Positions 9,785 to 19,694 are shown, counted from the first letter of the stretch. The stretch is 64,000 nucleotides of DNA from Patescibacteria group bacterium (GCA_041651015.1 JBAZKA010000001.1:205158-269157), one strand, 5' to 3'. Notes: generated from the sequence alone by a model not told the origin. Made by a program: numbers and translations.

Positions 9785-10702
9785 TTATTCAAACCTCGTC
9801 AAATTGCGAGCGCCATTAATAAAGCTTTTGGCATCCATGGGCTTTTTGCCCTCGGGCTGAACTTCAATCGCCTCAATGGCGGAATTGGCCCCACAACCCA
9901 CGTATAAATGCCCGTTTTGAGCCAAAATTTGCCCCTCAGAGAGGTTTTTCGGGTCAGCGGGTGTGATTACCGATAACTTCAGTCTTTTGCCCTCAAAAGT
10001 TGTCCACAGGCCCGGCCAAGGGGTCATGGCCCGGTATTGATTATAGATGTTTTGAGCGGGCTGGGAAAAGTCCACGTGGCCGTCATCGCGGGTGAAAATT
10101 TTGCAAAAAGTCGCCCCGTCGTGATTCTGTTCAACGGGAATAATTTCACCGGAAATGTATTTTGGCGTTTCGCGCAAAAATAATTCCGAGGCCACGATAG
10201 CCAAACGAGTAAATAATTCTTTTTGTGTTTCATCCGGAAGAATAGAAAGTTTTTGCATGGCGATGATCGGCCCGTGATCCATTTTTGCGTCCATGAGCAT
10301 GAGCGTGACGCCGGTTTCAGTTTCGCCATTCATAATTGCAGTTTGAATAGGGGAGGCACCGCGCAGTTTAGGCAAAATTGAACCGTGCAAGTTCACGGTT
10401 TTGTGTTTGGGCAAATCCAACAATCTTTGTGGAATAATAAAACCATACTCGGCGACAACGCCAAGATCAGCTTCGCTTAAAATCGGCGCGTCAAATTCTT
10501 TGAGCGAGGCCGGCTGTAAAATTTCCACGCCAAGAGTTTCCGCGAAAGTTTTTACCGCGGATTTTTGCATTTCCTGTTTGCGTCCAATCGGCTGATCGGG
10601 CGACGTAATCACCGCGAGAATTTTGTAGCTCGCGTCGTTCGCAATCGCTTTCAGAACCGTGGCGGCAAATTCACCTGTGCCGTAAAAAACTATTTTAGTC
10701 AT
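9785..10702 (-). CDS. fmt: Methionyl-tRNA formyltransferase
   Basis: KIVFYGT, PDQPIGR, NLHGSILPKLRGASPIQ, MDHGPI; adjacent to def. Start set at ATG 10702. Confidence 0.95.
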   Translation of the reverse strand: MTKIVFYGTGEFAATVLKAIANDASYKILAVITSPDQPIGRKQEMQKSAVKTFAETLGVEILQPASLKEFDAPILSEADLGVVAEYGFIIPQRLLDLPKHKTVNLHGSILPKLRGASPIQTAIMNGETETGVTLMLMDAKMDHGPIIAMQKLSILPDETQKELFTRLAIVASELFLRETPKYISGEIIPVEQNHDGATFCKIFTRDDGHVDFSQPAQNIYNQYRAMTPWPGLWTTFEGKRLKLSVITPADPKNLSEGQILAQNGHLYVGCGANSAIEAIEVQPEGKKPMDAKSFINGARNLTRFE

Positions 10703-10730
10703 GATAATTAGCAATATTTTTTAAAAGCGA

Positions 10731-10840
10731 CGTTTACAATATCTTTGAGCAACATAACGCAGGCGCGCTCGGAGCGCGCCGAGTTCGAAGCGCGTCCACC
10801 CAGGGCGGACGACGCTGTTTGCGAAAAGATATTGTAAATG
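10731..10840. repeat. Multi-stem palindromic element between def and fmt
   Basis: Outer stem CGTTTACAATATCTTTGAGCAA / TTGCGAAAAGATATTGTAAATG; inner GGCGCGCTC-G-GAGCGCGCC and GTCCACCC-A-GGGCGGAC. Confidence 0.7.
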
Positions 10841-10863
10841 GAGCGCGCCGAGTGCCAAGTCGT

Positions 10864-11349
10864 TTATTTTTTCTCAAAAGTATATAAATCTTTTGCCTTA
10901 TCAATAAACAAAACTCCGCGCAAGTGGTCGGCCTCATGCTGGATGGCGCGGGCGAAAAAATCTTCAGCCACAAAATTTAACGGTTGGCCGTTTTCATTCC
11001 AGGCTTTCACTTTAATTTTTTTGTAGCGTTTAACTTTACCCCAAAGATTTGGCACGGACAAACATCCTTCCTCGCCCCAGGCCGTAGCCAAAGTAGCCTT
11101 GGTCCAAACCGGATTCACCAAAACCAAATCAATTTTTTTGTTTTCGGAAAATCGCTTATTGATCACGCACACGGCAATTGATTCGCCGATTTGTGGCGCG
11201 GCAATGCCCACGCCGTCGCTCGCGTATAAAGTATCAATTAAATTTTTTGTTAATTTTTTAAATTCCGGCGACGCCAAAAACTCCGGCTTGGCCAGCGGAG
11301 CGATTTTACGTAAAATAGGATTTGGGTCAATGACGATTTGGGTCACCAT
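10864..11349 (-). CDS. def: Peptide deformylase
   Basis: GVGIAAPQIG, EGCLSVP and QHEADHL motifs. Start moved to ATG 11349 because the upstream extension reads through a repeat element. Confidence 0.95.
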   Translation of the reverse strand: MVTQIVIDPNPILRKIAPLAKPEFLASPEFKKLTKNLIDTLYASDGVGIAAPQIGESIAVCVINKRFSENKKIDLVLVNPVWTKATLATAWGEEGCLSVPNLWGKVKRYKKIKVKAWNENGQPLNFVAEDFFARAIQHEADHLRGVLFIDKAKDLYTFEKK

Positions 11350-11357
11350 ATATTTGG

Positions 11358-11520
11358 GGGCCTGTCGCCGAATGCCATTTCTGCTGCAAATTTTAAATTT
11401 CGGCCAAAATCGCCTTAAAATTTCTCGGCTTATCAATTCAGATAGGCCTCAAAATTTATGCGTCGATTTTGTCTCAAAATTTTCAATTTTCGCTACGAAA
11501 GCGCATTCGCCGACCGACCC
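11358..11520. mobile_element. MITE-like element between priA and def
   Basis: Imperfect 18-bp TIRs, GGGCCTGTCGCCGAATGC versus the reverse complement GGGTCGGTCGGCGAATGC (15/18). The interior folds as a long imperfect hairpin. Abuts the priA TAG. Confidence 0.6.
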
Positions 11521-13391
11521 TATGAAATTGATAAAATGTGATTCGGGTTGGGGTCAACCTTACAATCATCAGGAACAATCGCCGCTAGTTCTTTTAGCGA
11601 TTTTTTGTAATTCGCGTAGTTGAACTTCAGCAAAATAACCTCGTGGTATAAATTGCGCATTCTCGGCGGATTGGCCGGGATATGACTGTAAATCATAACA
11701 TCTTTTTTGTGTGTAGTCAAGCTGTTTAGGGCGCGAAAAAGCTGTTCAGCATTCTCGCTAGCTTTGTTCGCGGTGGCGCCGGCCACGATAATTCGCGCCA
11801 GATAATTGTGAGGCGGATAGCCGAAAATTTTTCTCTCGGCTATTTCCGATTCGTAAAATGATTTCGGGTCATAGACGCCCTGATAAACGCGATGTTCCGG
11901 ATGTTGGGTTTGGATAAATAACTTTGCGTCCGGCGCGAGAGCCAATTGCGCGCGGCGAAGCTTGAGCCAAAGAAATTCCAAAGCGCGGTATTCGGCGGCC
12001 GCGAGCGCGGTGTCCGGATCGGCCATCACAAATATATCAATCTTTTTCCAATCCAATCTGGAATAAGCAAAATCCGTGCCCACAAAAATAATTTTTTCAT
12101 CACTCGGAAAACTTTCCGGCAAATTCGCGGTTTCTTTGTCTATGGTAATAATTTTCGCCGAGGGAAATTTATTTTTTAGCGCCGTGGCCACGCCTTCAAT
12201 GCCCAGTCCCATCAAACGATAATTCGCGCCCCCGCATTTGGGGCAATTGTCGGCAAAACGCACCGATGTTTTGCAGTACAAACATTTAAGTTCAATCCCG
12301 CGTTCATAATATGTTAAAGGGCGATGGCATTTATCACAGCGAAAAATATTTCCGCAATCAGCGCACACCATTCCGCCCGAAGTACCGCGCCGATTCAAAT
12401 GAATAAAAGTTTGGCCTTTGTTTGCTTCAATTGCTTTGATAATTTCTTCAGCTAGGATGCCGGCTCCGCCGCCTCTTTTTTCCGCGAGCGCGTTGACAAA
12501 TATCGGCGAAGGCTTGGTAATTTTTGTCAGTTCGCCGATTAAATCATAAATTTTGTGTTCGGCAAAATAATATGATTCAACAGACGGCGCAGACGCCACC
12601 AGAAATAATTCCGCGCTCGTGTGTTTGGTGAGAGCAAGGGCAGCGTCCCGCGTGTGATAGCGCGGGGCCATGTCCCAACTTTTATAATCAGGCGAGCCCT
12701 CGTCGTCCATAATAATGCGCGTCAAATTATGCCAGGGCAGAAACAGAGCTTTGCGCGTGCCAATGACAATAATATTTTTTGAGTTGCGCACCCGAATCCA
12801 GTTGTCAGAATATTGCTTATCACCGTCATCACCTTTTAGAATAATTATTTCGTTAGAAATATCCGCGGGTAATAATTCCTGAATTTTTTCCGGATCATTC
12901 ACGTCCGGAGTCAGAATCAAAACTTGTCCATCGGCTTTGGCCAATTCCGATAAATATTTTTTCTTTTCATCTAAATTGTTGTATAGCCAAAGTTTTGGTT
13001 TTTGGGGTTTTCCCTCGCGTGTTTCCACGGCCAAAAGAGTTTCCGTCAAAGTTTTCAATTTGCGTTTTTGCATGGGCAAAAGCGCGCACTTTAAAATAAA
13101 GCCGAGCGAAGCCCGGTAGAAATCCGATAGTTCGGAGTAAAAATTTAACAGATTTTCCGTGATGAGCGGTTCAGCCAAAACAATTTCGGAAATCGGTTTT
13201 AATTTATTATCCTTGATATCGGAATTATCCGAGAGAGAATAGACAATGCCGAATTCGTCTTTACCGCGCAAAGGTATTTTTACCAGCTGGCCGACTCGGA
13301 TTAAACTTTTTTGTTCCACGCTGATCAAATAATCCAAACCTTTGATTTTGTTTGGCAGGCGTCTAATCGGAATAACCAGCGCGTGCGTCAT
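11520..13391 (-). CDS. priA: Primosomal protein N' (PriA) with degenerate helicase motifs
   Basis: N-terminal LDY...GQLVKIPL 3'-binding domain, GTRKALF, PRYHTRD, LNRRG, four CxxC pairs, YPP; priA-def-fmt synteny. Confidence 0.85.
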   Translation of the reverse strand: MTHALVIPIRRLPNKIKGLDYLISVEQKSLIRVGQLVKIPLRGKDEFGIVYSLSDNSDIKDNKLKPISEIVLAEPLITENLLNFYSELSDFYRASLGFILKCALLPMQKRKLKTLTETLLAVETREGKPQKPKLWLYNNLDEKKKYLSELAKADGQVLILTPDVNDPEKIQELLPADISNEIIILKGDDGDKQYSDNWIRVRNSKNIIVIGTRKALFLPWHNLTRIIMDDEGSPDYKSWDMAPRYHTRDAALALTKHTSAELFLVASAPSVESYYFAEHKIYDLIGELTKITKPSPIFVNALAEKRGGGAGILAEEIIKAIEANKGQTFIHLNRRGTSGGMVCADCGNIFRCDKCHRPLTYYERGIELKCLYCKTSVRFADNCPKCGGANYRLMGLGIEGVATALKNKFPSAKIITIDKETANLPESFPSDEKIIFVGTDFAYSRLDWKKIDIFVMADPDTALAAAEYRALEFLWLKLRRAQLALAPDAKLFIQTQHPEHRVYQGVYDPKSFYESEIAERKIFGYPPHNYLARIIVAGATANKASENAEQLFRALNSLTTHKKDVMIYSHIPANPPRMRNLYHEVILLKFNYANYKKSLKELAAIVPDDCKVDPNPNHILSIS

Positions 13392-13395
13392 AGGT

Positions 13396-14184
13396 TTAAA
13401 TAAATTCCGCGGTCAAATAGCCCACGCCAAACGGCGCTTCATACGCCAGCTCGCGGTAATCATAATGCATTTTTTGTAAAATGCCGAGCAAGATTAACAG
13501 TGAACGCAGACCGCATTCTGACGCGTTCTTTATCAGTTTTTCATCCAAATTTAGAATACCGGAAATATTACCGGCCATGAGGAGCTCGCGAATTTTTTTG
13601 TCAAACTCGGCGCCGGCTTTGTTGAATCCGGCCGGTGCGTCCGTGGACAAGGCGTGCGACATATCACCTGAAGCAATTACAGCTACACGGCGGTTGCTAA
13701 GTAAAATCTGTTCTTTAATTAACGCGCCAAAATCCAAATGCGTTTTGAAATCCAAGTCGCAAAAACCAAGTTGGACGATTTTCGCGCCGGTTAATTTACC
13801 GGCCAGCATGATGAGCGGCACTGATGAACCATGGTCCAAGCGTGGTTCGGAGATCAGAGTGGCGGGAAAATGTTTGCGTTTGGTCGCGTCGCGCAGGCGG
13901 TGCGTCATCTCAAAATCACCGTTAAACTCGCAACTTGTTTCCAAGTCGCCAAAGTCTTTAAAGTCAGCCGTGTATTTGACGCAAGAGTTAACAGTAAACA
14001 CATCCGGGAAAAAACTTCCGTGCGGGGAAATTATCAAAATTACTTCGGGCTGGGCCGCATATAAATTTCTCTCCAATTCTTTGAAGGCGGAAGAAGTCTT
14101 GGATAATTTTTTAAGTTCAGTCTTGCCAATGGACGGAACAATAAGCGGGGGATGGGGAGTGAAAGCGCTAAAAACTAAAGACAT
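13396..14184 (-). CDS. Memo/LigB-fold protein (AmmeMemoRadiSam protein B-like)
   Basis: PHPP, ISPHG, LDHG, ASGDMSH, ECG, YEAPFGVGY. Confidence 0.8.
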   Translation of the reverse strand: MSLVFSAFTPHPPLIVPSIGKTELKKLSKTSSAFKELERNLYAAQPEVILIISPHGSFFPDVFTVNSCVKYTADFKDFGDLETSCEFNGDFEMTHRLRDATKRKHFPATLISEPRLDHGSSVPLIMLAGKLTGAKIVQLGFCDLDFKTHLDFGALIKEQILLSNRRVAVIASGDMSHALSTDAPAGFNKAGAEFDKKIRELLMAGNISGILNLDEKLIKNASECGLRSLLILLGILQKMHYDYRELAYEAPFGVGYLTAEFI

Positions 14185-14190
14185 AAAAAA

Positions 14191-16392
14191 TTATTTTACG
14201 TTGGCGATTGAGGCGGTGGACGATGGGGAGATGGCCCAGAGAGCCAACTTGTTCGGCTCAACAAATCTGTTGGCTGAGCCATTGCCCATAGTGATGATTA
14301 CATATTGTTCTTTGGTGGTTTTTGATTCAATCAACATAACAAGCACGGCGCCGGCTTCGTCCGTGTAACCGGTTTTAGAAGCGAGAATGCGATAAGTCTT
14401 TTTGGAATTTTGCATCAGGTCGTTGGTGTTTTTCAGGTTGTGAGTGACGATTTTGTTTTTATTCAAAACTTCTTTGAATGAATACGTGACGTCGCTCATC
14501 GCGTCTTTGATGGTGGAATTTTTGAGGGCGGTAATAAATATTTTTAACACGTCTCTTGGCGTGGAGATATTGTCGTCGTCCAATCCGGTGGTGTCCGTGA
14601 TAGTTGTGTTGTCCGCGCCCCATTGTTCCAAACGGGTGTTGATTGCGCTAATAAAACTTTTTTCCGTCAATCCGCTGGATGCGCCCATCATGCGGGAGGC
14701 GTTGTTGACCGAAGCGACAAGCGAAGTGTAGAGCAAGTCCTTGTTCAGAATTTTTTCTCCGTTGATCAGCGACAAAGGGTTGTTGTAAGCGGTATGAAGT
14801 TTGGAATTATACGTGGTGGATTTTTTTAAATTAAAATCCTGGTTGAGAGCCTCATACGCGACTAATATTTTGGTGAGAGATGCAATGGATCTTTTGGTAT
14901 CAATATTTTTTCCGGCTAAAATTCTACCGGTCGGATATTCAGCCACAAGGTAAGCCGGCAATTTTGTCTTGAATAAATCCTCAACAACCGACTCGCTGTC
15001 GCCGAGATATTCCGATGATGCCAAAGCGTTGCTGATATAGAGCGCTTCACCATCCGGAACGGTGAAAGCGGTCAAAGCGCTGATCTCCACCAGATTTGTT
15101 TTTTTATAGCCCATGGCCAAAAATGTCTGTTCGTCCGAGATGCGTCTTTTTTTACCGTTTTCCACCACATAGAGACGGTTCGTATCTTTGACTTTGAGCA
15201 GAGCGCCGTCCGTGAAAACAATTGGATTATTAGCAACGCTTAAATTTGCAATATCTTTTTTTGTCTTGTTGATGATACTTAAATTTGCAAAATTAGTTTT
15301 GAGCAAGGATGAATCCGTTATCGGGTATAAAATATCATTTTTGTGCAAATACAAACTATTGTTCAAGTCGGTAATTTTATAAATCTCGCCTTGAGGCGCG
15401 GTGGTGGACGCGTTGATGGCCGGGCCGAGCGTATAGCCGAATAAATCATTGTCCGAGACATCAACCACTTCTTGCGGATTGTAGCCAATTTTGCTCACTA
15501 CGTCGGCTGAGGCAAATGGACGAATCATGTCATAATCCACCAAAAAATATCCACTCGGCGCTTTGAGCAAGGAATAATTGGAAAACGCGATGTTCGTGCC
15601 ATTTTCGTAATTATTTAAATCGGTTTCAGATAAAGTGATGGCCATTTTTGGGTCAGCCCGACTTACTAAAACGGATTTGCTGGTAAACAGACGTTTCTTC
15701 CCGTTTTGAATCAACCAATAATTGGTGGACGAAGCATTGGTGACAACTGTGCCATTGGGATAAAGTCCGGCAAACCATGTATTCCACAAACGCCAAAAAT
15801 TTTTATTGCCATGCAAGTGTGGTGTGTAAGTGTAAAGAAAGGCCGTGGCCCAGCTTTGCGGCACCACTTCCGTGTTGTCAATATAAACCGCGGCGCCTTT
15901 TTGTTTGATATATGATTTAGTGCTTTTGTTGTCATAATACCAGCGGATAATGCCGGCCGCGCCATCAACTTGTTTGGCAAAGCCTTTGTATTTGACGACT
16001 TTGGGGTCGCTCAAATAACAGCCATCGCAAACCGCAAAGCCCGTGGCCCAGTCAAGTTGTTTTTGTGTGGGCGATTCATCGGTCACCAAACTTTGTTCTT
16101 TTTGCAAAGTGACCAATAAAAATTTCGGACTGATGGTGTAGGCTTGCGCCGCGTCATAAATTATCTCGGCCGCGGATTTTATCGTGCCGCTCACATCTTC
16201 ACATTTATAGTTTGCCAGATATGACCCCTTGTCTTGCAAAAATGTTTGAACATCATTTGCCGTCCAGCCGGCGCAATTTTGCATGTCTTCATCTGTGATA
16301 ATCATGCTGGAATTAAATTCAGCCTCGGCCAAAGCATAGGAAAAAGGGGCGAATAATCCAAATATGGCAATTAGAGCAATGATCTTTTTCAT
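14191..16392 (-). CDS. Secreted multidomain protein with C-terminal D-Ala-D-Ala carboxypeptidase (peptidase S11)
   Basis: Signal peptide MKKIIALI..; N-terminal ISPKFLLVTLQKEQSLV domain; repeated Y(V/L)(V/I)xNGKKR units; SxxK (SLTK), SxN (SVN) and KTG motifs. Confidence 0.8.
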   Translation of the reverse strand: MKKIIALIAIFGLFAPFSYALAEAEFNSSMIITDEDMQNCAGWTANDVQTFLQDKGSYLANYKCEDVSGTIKSAAEIIYDAAQAYTISPKFLLVTLQKEQSLVTDESPTQKQLDWATGFAVCDGCYLSDPKVVKYKGFAKQVDGAAGIIRWYYDNKSTKSYIKQKGAAVYIDNTEVVPQSWATAFLYTYTPHLHGNKNFWRLWNTWFAGLYPNGTVVTNASSTNYWLIQNGKKRLFTSKSVLVSRADPKMAITLSETDLNNYENGTNIAFSNYSLLKAPSGYFLVDYDMIRPFASADVVSKIGYNPQEVVDVSDNDLFGYTLGPAINASTTAPQGEIYKITDLNNSLYLHKNDILYPITDSSLLKTNFANLSIINKTKKDIANLSVANNPIVFTDGALLKVKDTNRLYVVENGKKRRISDEQTFLAMGYKKTNLVEISALTAFTVPDGEALYISNALASSEYLGDSESVVEDLFKTKLPAYLVAEYPTGRILAGKNIDTKRSIASLTKILVAYEALNQDFNLKKSTTYNSKLHTAYNNPLSLINGEKILNKDLLYTSLVASVNNASRMMGASSGLTEKSFISAINTRLEQWGADNTTITDTTGLDDDNISTPRDVLKIFITALKNSTIKDAMSDVTYSFKEVLNKNKIVTHNLKNTNDLMQNSKKTYRILASKTGYTDEAGAVLVMLIESKTTKEQYVIITMGNGSANRFVEPNKLALWAISPSSTASIANVK

Positions 16393-16453
16393 AACAACGA
16401 TAAAAATAATTCTTTTAGAATTCATATAAATATTGTAGCACAAATATTTATCC

Positions 16454-16482
16454 TTGACAAAGGCGTATATACACGCTATTGT
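16454..16482 (+). promoter_or_regulatory. sigma70-type promoter of ORFan cassette 1
   Basis: TTGACA-N17-TATTGT; the spacer contains the near-palindrome GCGTATATACACGC. Confidence 0.6.
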
Positions 16483-16589
16483 TACTTGGTTGTGAGAATA
16501 TTTAACGTAGATTTAGATAAATTGTGACCACGCTCTTTTTTGACGAAACCGAACCTTCGGGCACTAAAAAAACAAACGGAGGGGTAAAA

Positions 16590-16772
16590 ATGCAAGATGA
16601 AGACGCTGACGGAATTGATGTGTCAAAAAAACCAACATCTCCACAGGCAGGGAGATGTACACACGACCTGTCTGCTGTCGTTAAAGTTTTAAAAGCGCGA
16701 GTTGAAGCCGCAAAAACCAGGCTCGGTATAAATAACCAGCCAGTAAAAAAACGAGGAGGAGAAGATGAATGA
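16590..16772 (+). CDS. Small hypothetical protein (60 aa)
   Basis: GGAGGGG SD before ATG 16590; overlaps the next ORF through ATGAATGA. Confidence 0.55.
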   Translation: MQDEDADGIDVSKKPTSPQAGRCTHDLSAVVKVLKARVEAAKTRLGINNQPVKKRGGEDE

Positions 16773-16965
16773 GTTACCAATGACACTCAAACAAATTAGT
16801 GACAAAGAAGCGCGCCAGAAAGCGGAGACCGACAAAAGTGTGCCGACAACTCCAGGTGATAACGATGGCGTTTTCACCAGCGTGCCGAAGAAGCCGGCAG
16901 CGGGTAAACCCGACAACGATCACATGCGGGATACAGTTGTCTTGGACCCGGGCAAGAAGGAGTAA
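16765..16965 (+). CDS. Small hypothetical, probably disordered protein (66 aa)
   Basis: GAGGAGG SD, coupled to the previous ORF, followed by a terminator. Confidence 0.6.
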   Translation: MNELPMTLKQISDKEARQKAETDKSVPTTPGDNDGVFTSVPKKPAAGKPDNDHMRDTVVLDPGKKE

Positions 16966-16987
16966 CCGGAACCACACCGGATTGCAA

Positions 16988-17024
16988 ACGCCGAGGACAG
17001 ATGTCCTCGGCGTGTTTTTATTTT
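16988..17024 (+). terminator. Rho-independent terminator, possibly also serving clpB
   Basis: ACGCCGAGGAC-AGAT-GTCCTCGGCGT followed by a T-rich tract. Confidence 0.8.
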
Positions 17025-19654
17025 ATTATAATTTTTTCTTTTTCCATTTTTACTTTGACTTTTTTTCCTTCGGCCACATCGCCTTCAATAATTTTTAGCG
17101 AAAGCTGGTCCAAAAGTTCATTTTGGATGGCACGTTTTAAGGGTCGCGCGCCATAGGATGGGTCATAACCGACTTCAGCCAAATGTTTTTTTACGGCCGA
17201 GTCAATATCCAAAGTAATTTTTTTATCAGCCAGGCGTTTAATTACTTTGGTGAGTTGCAAATCCACAATTATTTCAATTTGCTTTTCAGTCAAAGTGTGG
17301 AAGACCACAATTTCGTCCAAACGATTCAAAAATTCCGGTTTGAAATATTCGTGCAAAGTTTCCATTATTTTTTCGCGGATTTTTTCATCGGGATTTTTCT
17401 TTTTGTTTTTGCTGTCTTCAAAACCAAACCCGCTGTCTTTCATATCTAAAATTGTTTGACTGCCGATATTGGAAGTGAGGATGATGACCGTATTTTTGAA
17501 ATTCACCACCCGGCCTTTGGCATCAGTGATCCGTCCATCATCCAAAATTTGCAATAGAATGTTGAACACATCCGGATGCGCCTTTTCTATTTCATCAAAC
17601 AAGATTACCGAATATGGTTTACGGCGGACGATCTCGGTCAGTTGACCGCCTTCGTCATAACCAACATAGCCCGGGGGAGAACCAATAATTTTGCTGGCGC
17701 TGTGTTTTTCCATGTATTCGCTCATGTCCACGCGGACCAGCGCTTCCTCGGTATCAAATAAAAATTCGGCTAAAGATTTGGCCAGTTCGGTTTTGCCTAC
17801 GCCGGTCGGGCCAAGAAATATAAACGAGCCAATGGGTTTGTTGGGTTCGGCAATGCCGGCGCGGGAACGGCGGATGGCGTTGGCAATGGCCTTGATGGCT
17901 TCATCTTGGCCGACCACGCGTTTGCCGAGCTCGGTTTCCATCTGGCTGAATTTAGTTGATTCAGTTTCCAGCATTTTCATTACCGGAATTCCGGTCCAAC
18001 GAGACACCACCGCAGCCACGTCCGCGTCCGTGATTTCCTCTTTCAAAATTCCGCGATTCTTTTGCAATTCGCGCAAAGTTTTTTCATCGTTGATCGCTTC
18101 TTTTTCCAAATTCGGAATCGTGCCATAGCGGATCTCAGCGACTTTTTGCAAGTCGCTTTTTCGTTCGGCAATTTCGGCTTCTTGCTTGGCTTTATCAATG
18201 GCCTTTTTACGGTCGTGTAATTTCGCGATAACGTCTTTTTCATTTTTCCATTTGGCTTCCAATTCCACGGATTTTTCTTTCAGGTCGGCCAATTCTTTTT
18301 CCAGTTTATTCAAATGTTCTTTGGCGTCATCGGTTTTTTCATTGATCAGCGCGCGTTTTTCAATTTCCAATTTTACCGTGGTGCGTTTCAAGCGGTCCAA
18401 GTCCTCGGGCATTGATTCAATTTCCATGCGCAAAGCCGAAGCGGCTTCGTCAATCAAATCAATGGCCTTATCCGGCAAAAATCTGTCCGAGATATAGCGT
18501 TCGGATAATTTGACGGCTGACAAAATCGCTGCGTCCGTGATGCGCACGCCATGATGCACTTCATATTTCTCTTTGATACCGCGGAGAATGGCGATGGTAT
18601 CGTCCTCGCTCGGTTCATTGACCATGACCGGCTGAAAACGGCGTTCCAAGGCCGCGTCTTTTTCAATATATTTTTGGTATTCTTTGAGCGTGGTCGCGCC
18701 AATAGTGTGAAGTTCACCGCGCGCCAGCATGGGTTTGAGCATATTAGCCGCGTCCACCGCGCCCTCGGACGCGCCCGCGCCGACGATGGTGTGAAGCTCA
18801 TCAATAAATAAAATAATTTTTCCCGCGGCTGCGTCAACTTCTTTGAGTACGGCTTTTAATCTTTCCTCAAATTCACCGCGGAATTTTGCGCCGGCGAGAA
18901 TAGCGCCAATATCCAAACCAATGACTTCTTTATTTTTTATTGATTCCGGCACATCGCCGTTCACGATTCTTTGGGCCAATCCTTCCACGATGGCGGTCTT
19001 GCCCGTGCCGGGTTCTCCGATTAAGACCGGATTATTTTTTGTCCGGCGGGATAAAATTTGCATCACCCGGCGGATTTCATCATCGCGACCGATGACCGGA
19101 TCAATTTTTTCTTTGCGCGCCAGTTCGGTTAAATTTTTTCCATATTTTTCCAAAGCATTATATTTGGCCTCGGGGTTGGGGGAGTCTACTTTTTGATTAC
19201 CACGGATTGAAGCCAATGCCTTGAGCGCTTCTTCATTGTTGATTTTGTGATTACGGACGAGAATTTCACTAATGGGATTTTTGGTGGCAAACAAGGCTAA
19301 AAATATATGTTCCGCGCTAATGTATTCGTCGCCCATTTTTTTGGATTCGTTAAAGGCGGATTGCAGGACGTGCATGGCAGCCGGGGATATCATAACCTGT
19401 CCATTCGAGGACATATTACTCGAGCCAAATTGTTTGGGTAGTTGACTGACCAGCGTTTGCGCGTCGTTCAAAATTGCCGGTAAATTGACTTTAAGTTTAT
19501 GTAAAACCGAGACAACAATATTTTCCTCGTCTTGCAAAAGCGCGAGAAATATGTGTGGCGGTTCCACTTGGGGCTGGCCGTTTTCCACTGCCAGTTGAAA
19601 GGCAATTTGTAGGATTTCCTGGGATTTTTGGGTAAATTGCTGTGGGTTGACCAT
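17018..19654 (-). CDS. clpB: ATP-dependent chaperone ClpB
   Basis: Two AAA+ modules ([16 protein letters not shown]), long coiled-coil M domain, 878 aa. Confidence 0.95.
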   Translation of the reverse strand: MVNPQQFTQKSQEILQIAFQLAVENGQPQVEPPHIFLALLQDEENIVVSVLHKLKVNLPAILNDAQTLVSQLPKQFGSSNMSSNGQVMISPAAMHVLQSAFNESKKMGDEYISAEHIFLALFATKNPISEILVRNHKINNEEALKALASIRGNQKVDSPNPEAKYNALEKYGKNLTELARKEKIDPVIGRDDEIRRVMQILSRRTKNNPVLIGEPGTGKTAIVEGLAQRIVNGDVPESIKNKEVIGLDIGAILAGAKFRGEFEERLKAVLKEVDAAAGKIILFIDELHTIVGAGASEGAVDAANMLKPMLARGELHTIGATTLKEYQKYIEKDAALERRFQPVMVNEPSEDDTIAILRGIKEKYEVHHGVRITDAAILSAVKLSERYISDRFLPDKAIDLIDEAASALRMEIESMPEDLDRLKRTTVKLEIEKRALINEKTDDAKEHLNKLEKELADLKEKSVELEAKWKNEKDVIAKLHDRKKAIDKAKQEAEIAERKSDLQKVAEIRYGTIPNLEKEAINDEKTLRELQKNRGILKEEITDADVAAVVSRWTGIPVMKMLETESTKFSQMETELGKRVVGQDEAIKAIANAIRRSRAGIAEPNKPIGSFIFLGPTGVGKTELAKSLAEFLFDTEEALVRVDMSEYMEKHSASKIIGSPPGYVGYDEGGQLTEIVRRKPYSVILFDEIEKAHPDVFNILLQILDDGRITDAKGRVVNFKNTVIILTSNIGSQTILDMKDSGFGFEDSKNKKKNPDEKIREKIMETLHEYFKPEFLNRLDEIVVFHTLTEKQIEIIVDLQLTKVIKRLADKKITLDIDSAVKKHLAEVGYDPSYGARPLKRAIQNELLDQLSLKIIEGDVAEGKKVKVKMEKEKIIIK

Positions 19655-19666
19655 ATAAATGTATAT

Positions 19667-19693
19667 TTATCACTCTATAAGTGAGAGTGATAA
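19667..19693. promoter_or_regulatory. CIRCE-like operator (HrcA site), variant TTATCACTC-N9-GAGTGATAA
   Basis: Perfect 9-bp inverted repeat with 9-bp spacer between the clpB promoter and start; one symmetric change from the canonical TTAGCACTC-N9-GAGTGCTAA. Confidence 0.8.
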
Positions 19694-19694
19694 T

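Noticed and set aside
10734-10973. 79-aa ORF or a tRNA-like gene (GTTCGAA) in the def-fmt spacer
   Set aside because: The ORF overlaps def in another frame. I could not build a cloverleaf with acceptor stem and anticodon arm.
11099-11623. 174-aa plus-strand ORF and the 29-aa N-terminal extension of def
   Set aside because: Both read through the palindromic element or antisense to def and priA; no coding signature.
13481-14368. 295-aa plus-strand ORF
   Set aside because: Entirely antisense to two well-supported genes, Ser/Ile-rich, no motifs; a shadow ORF from codon bias.
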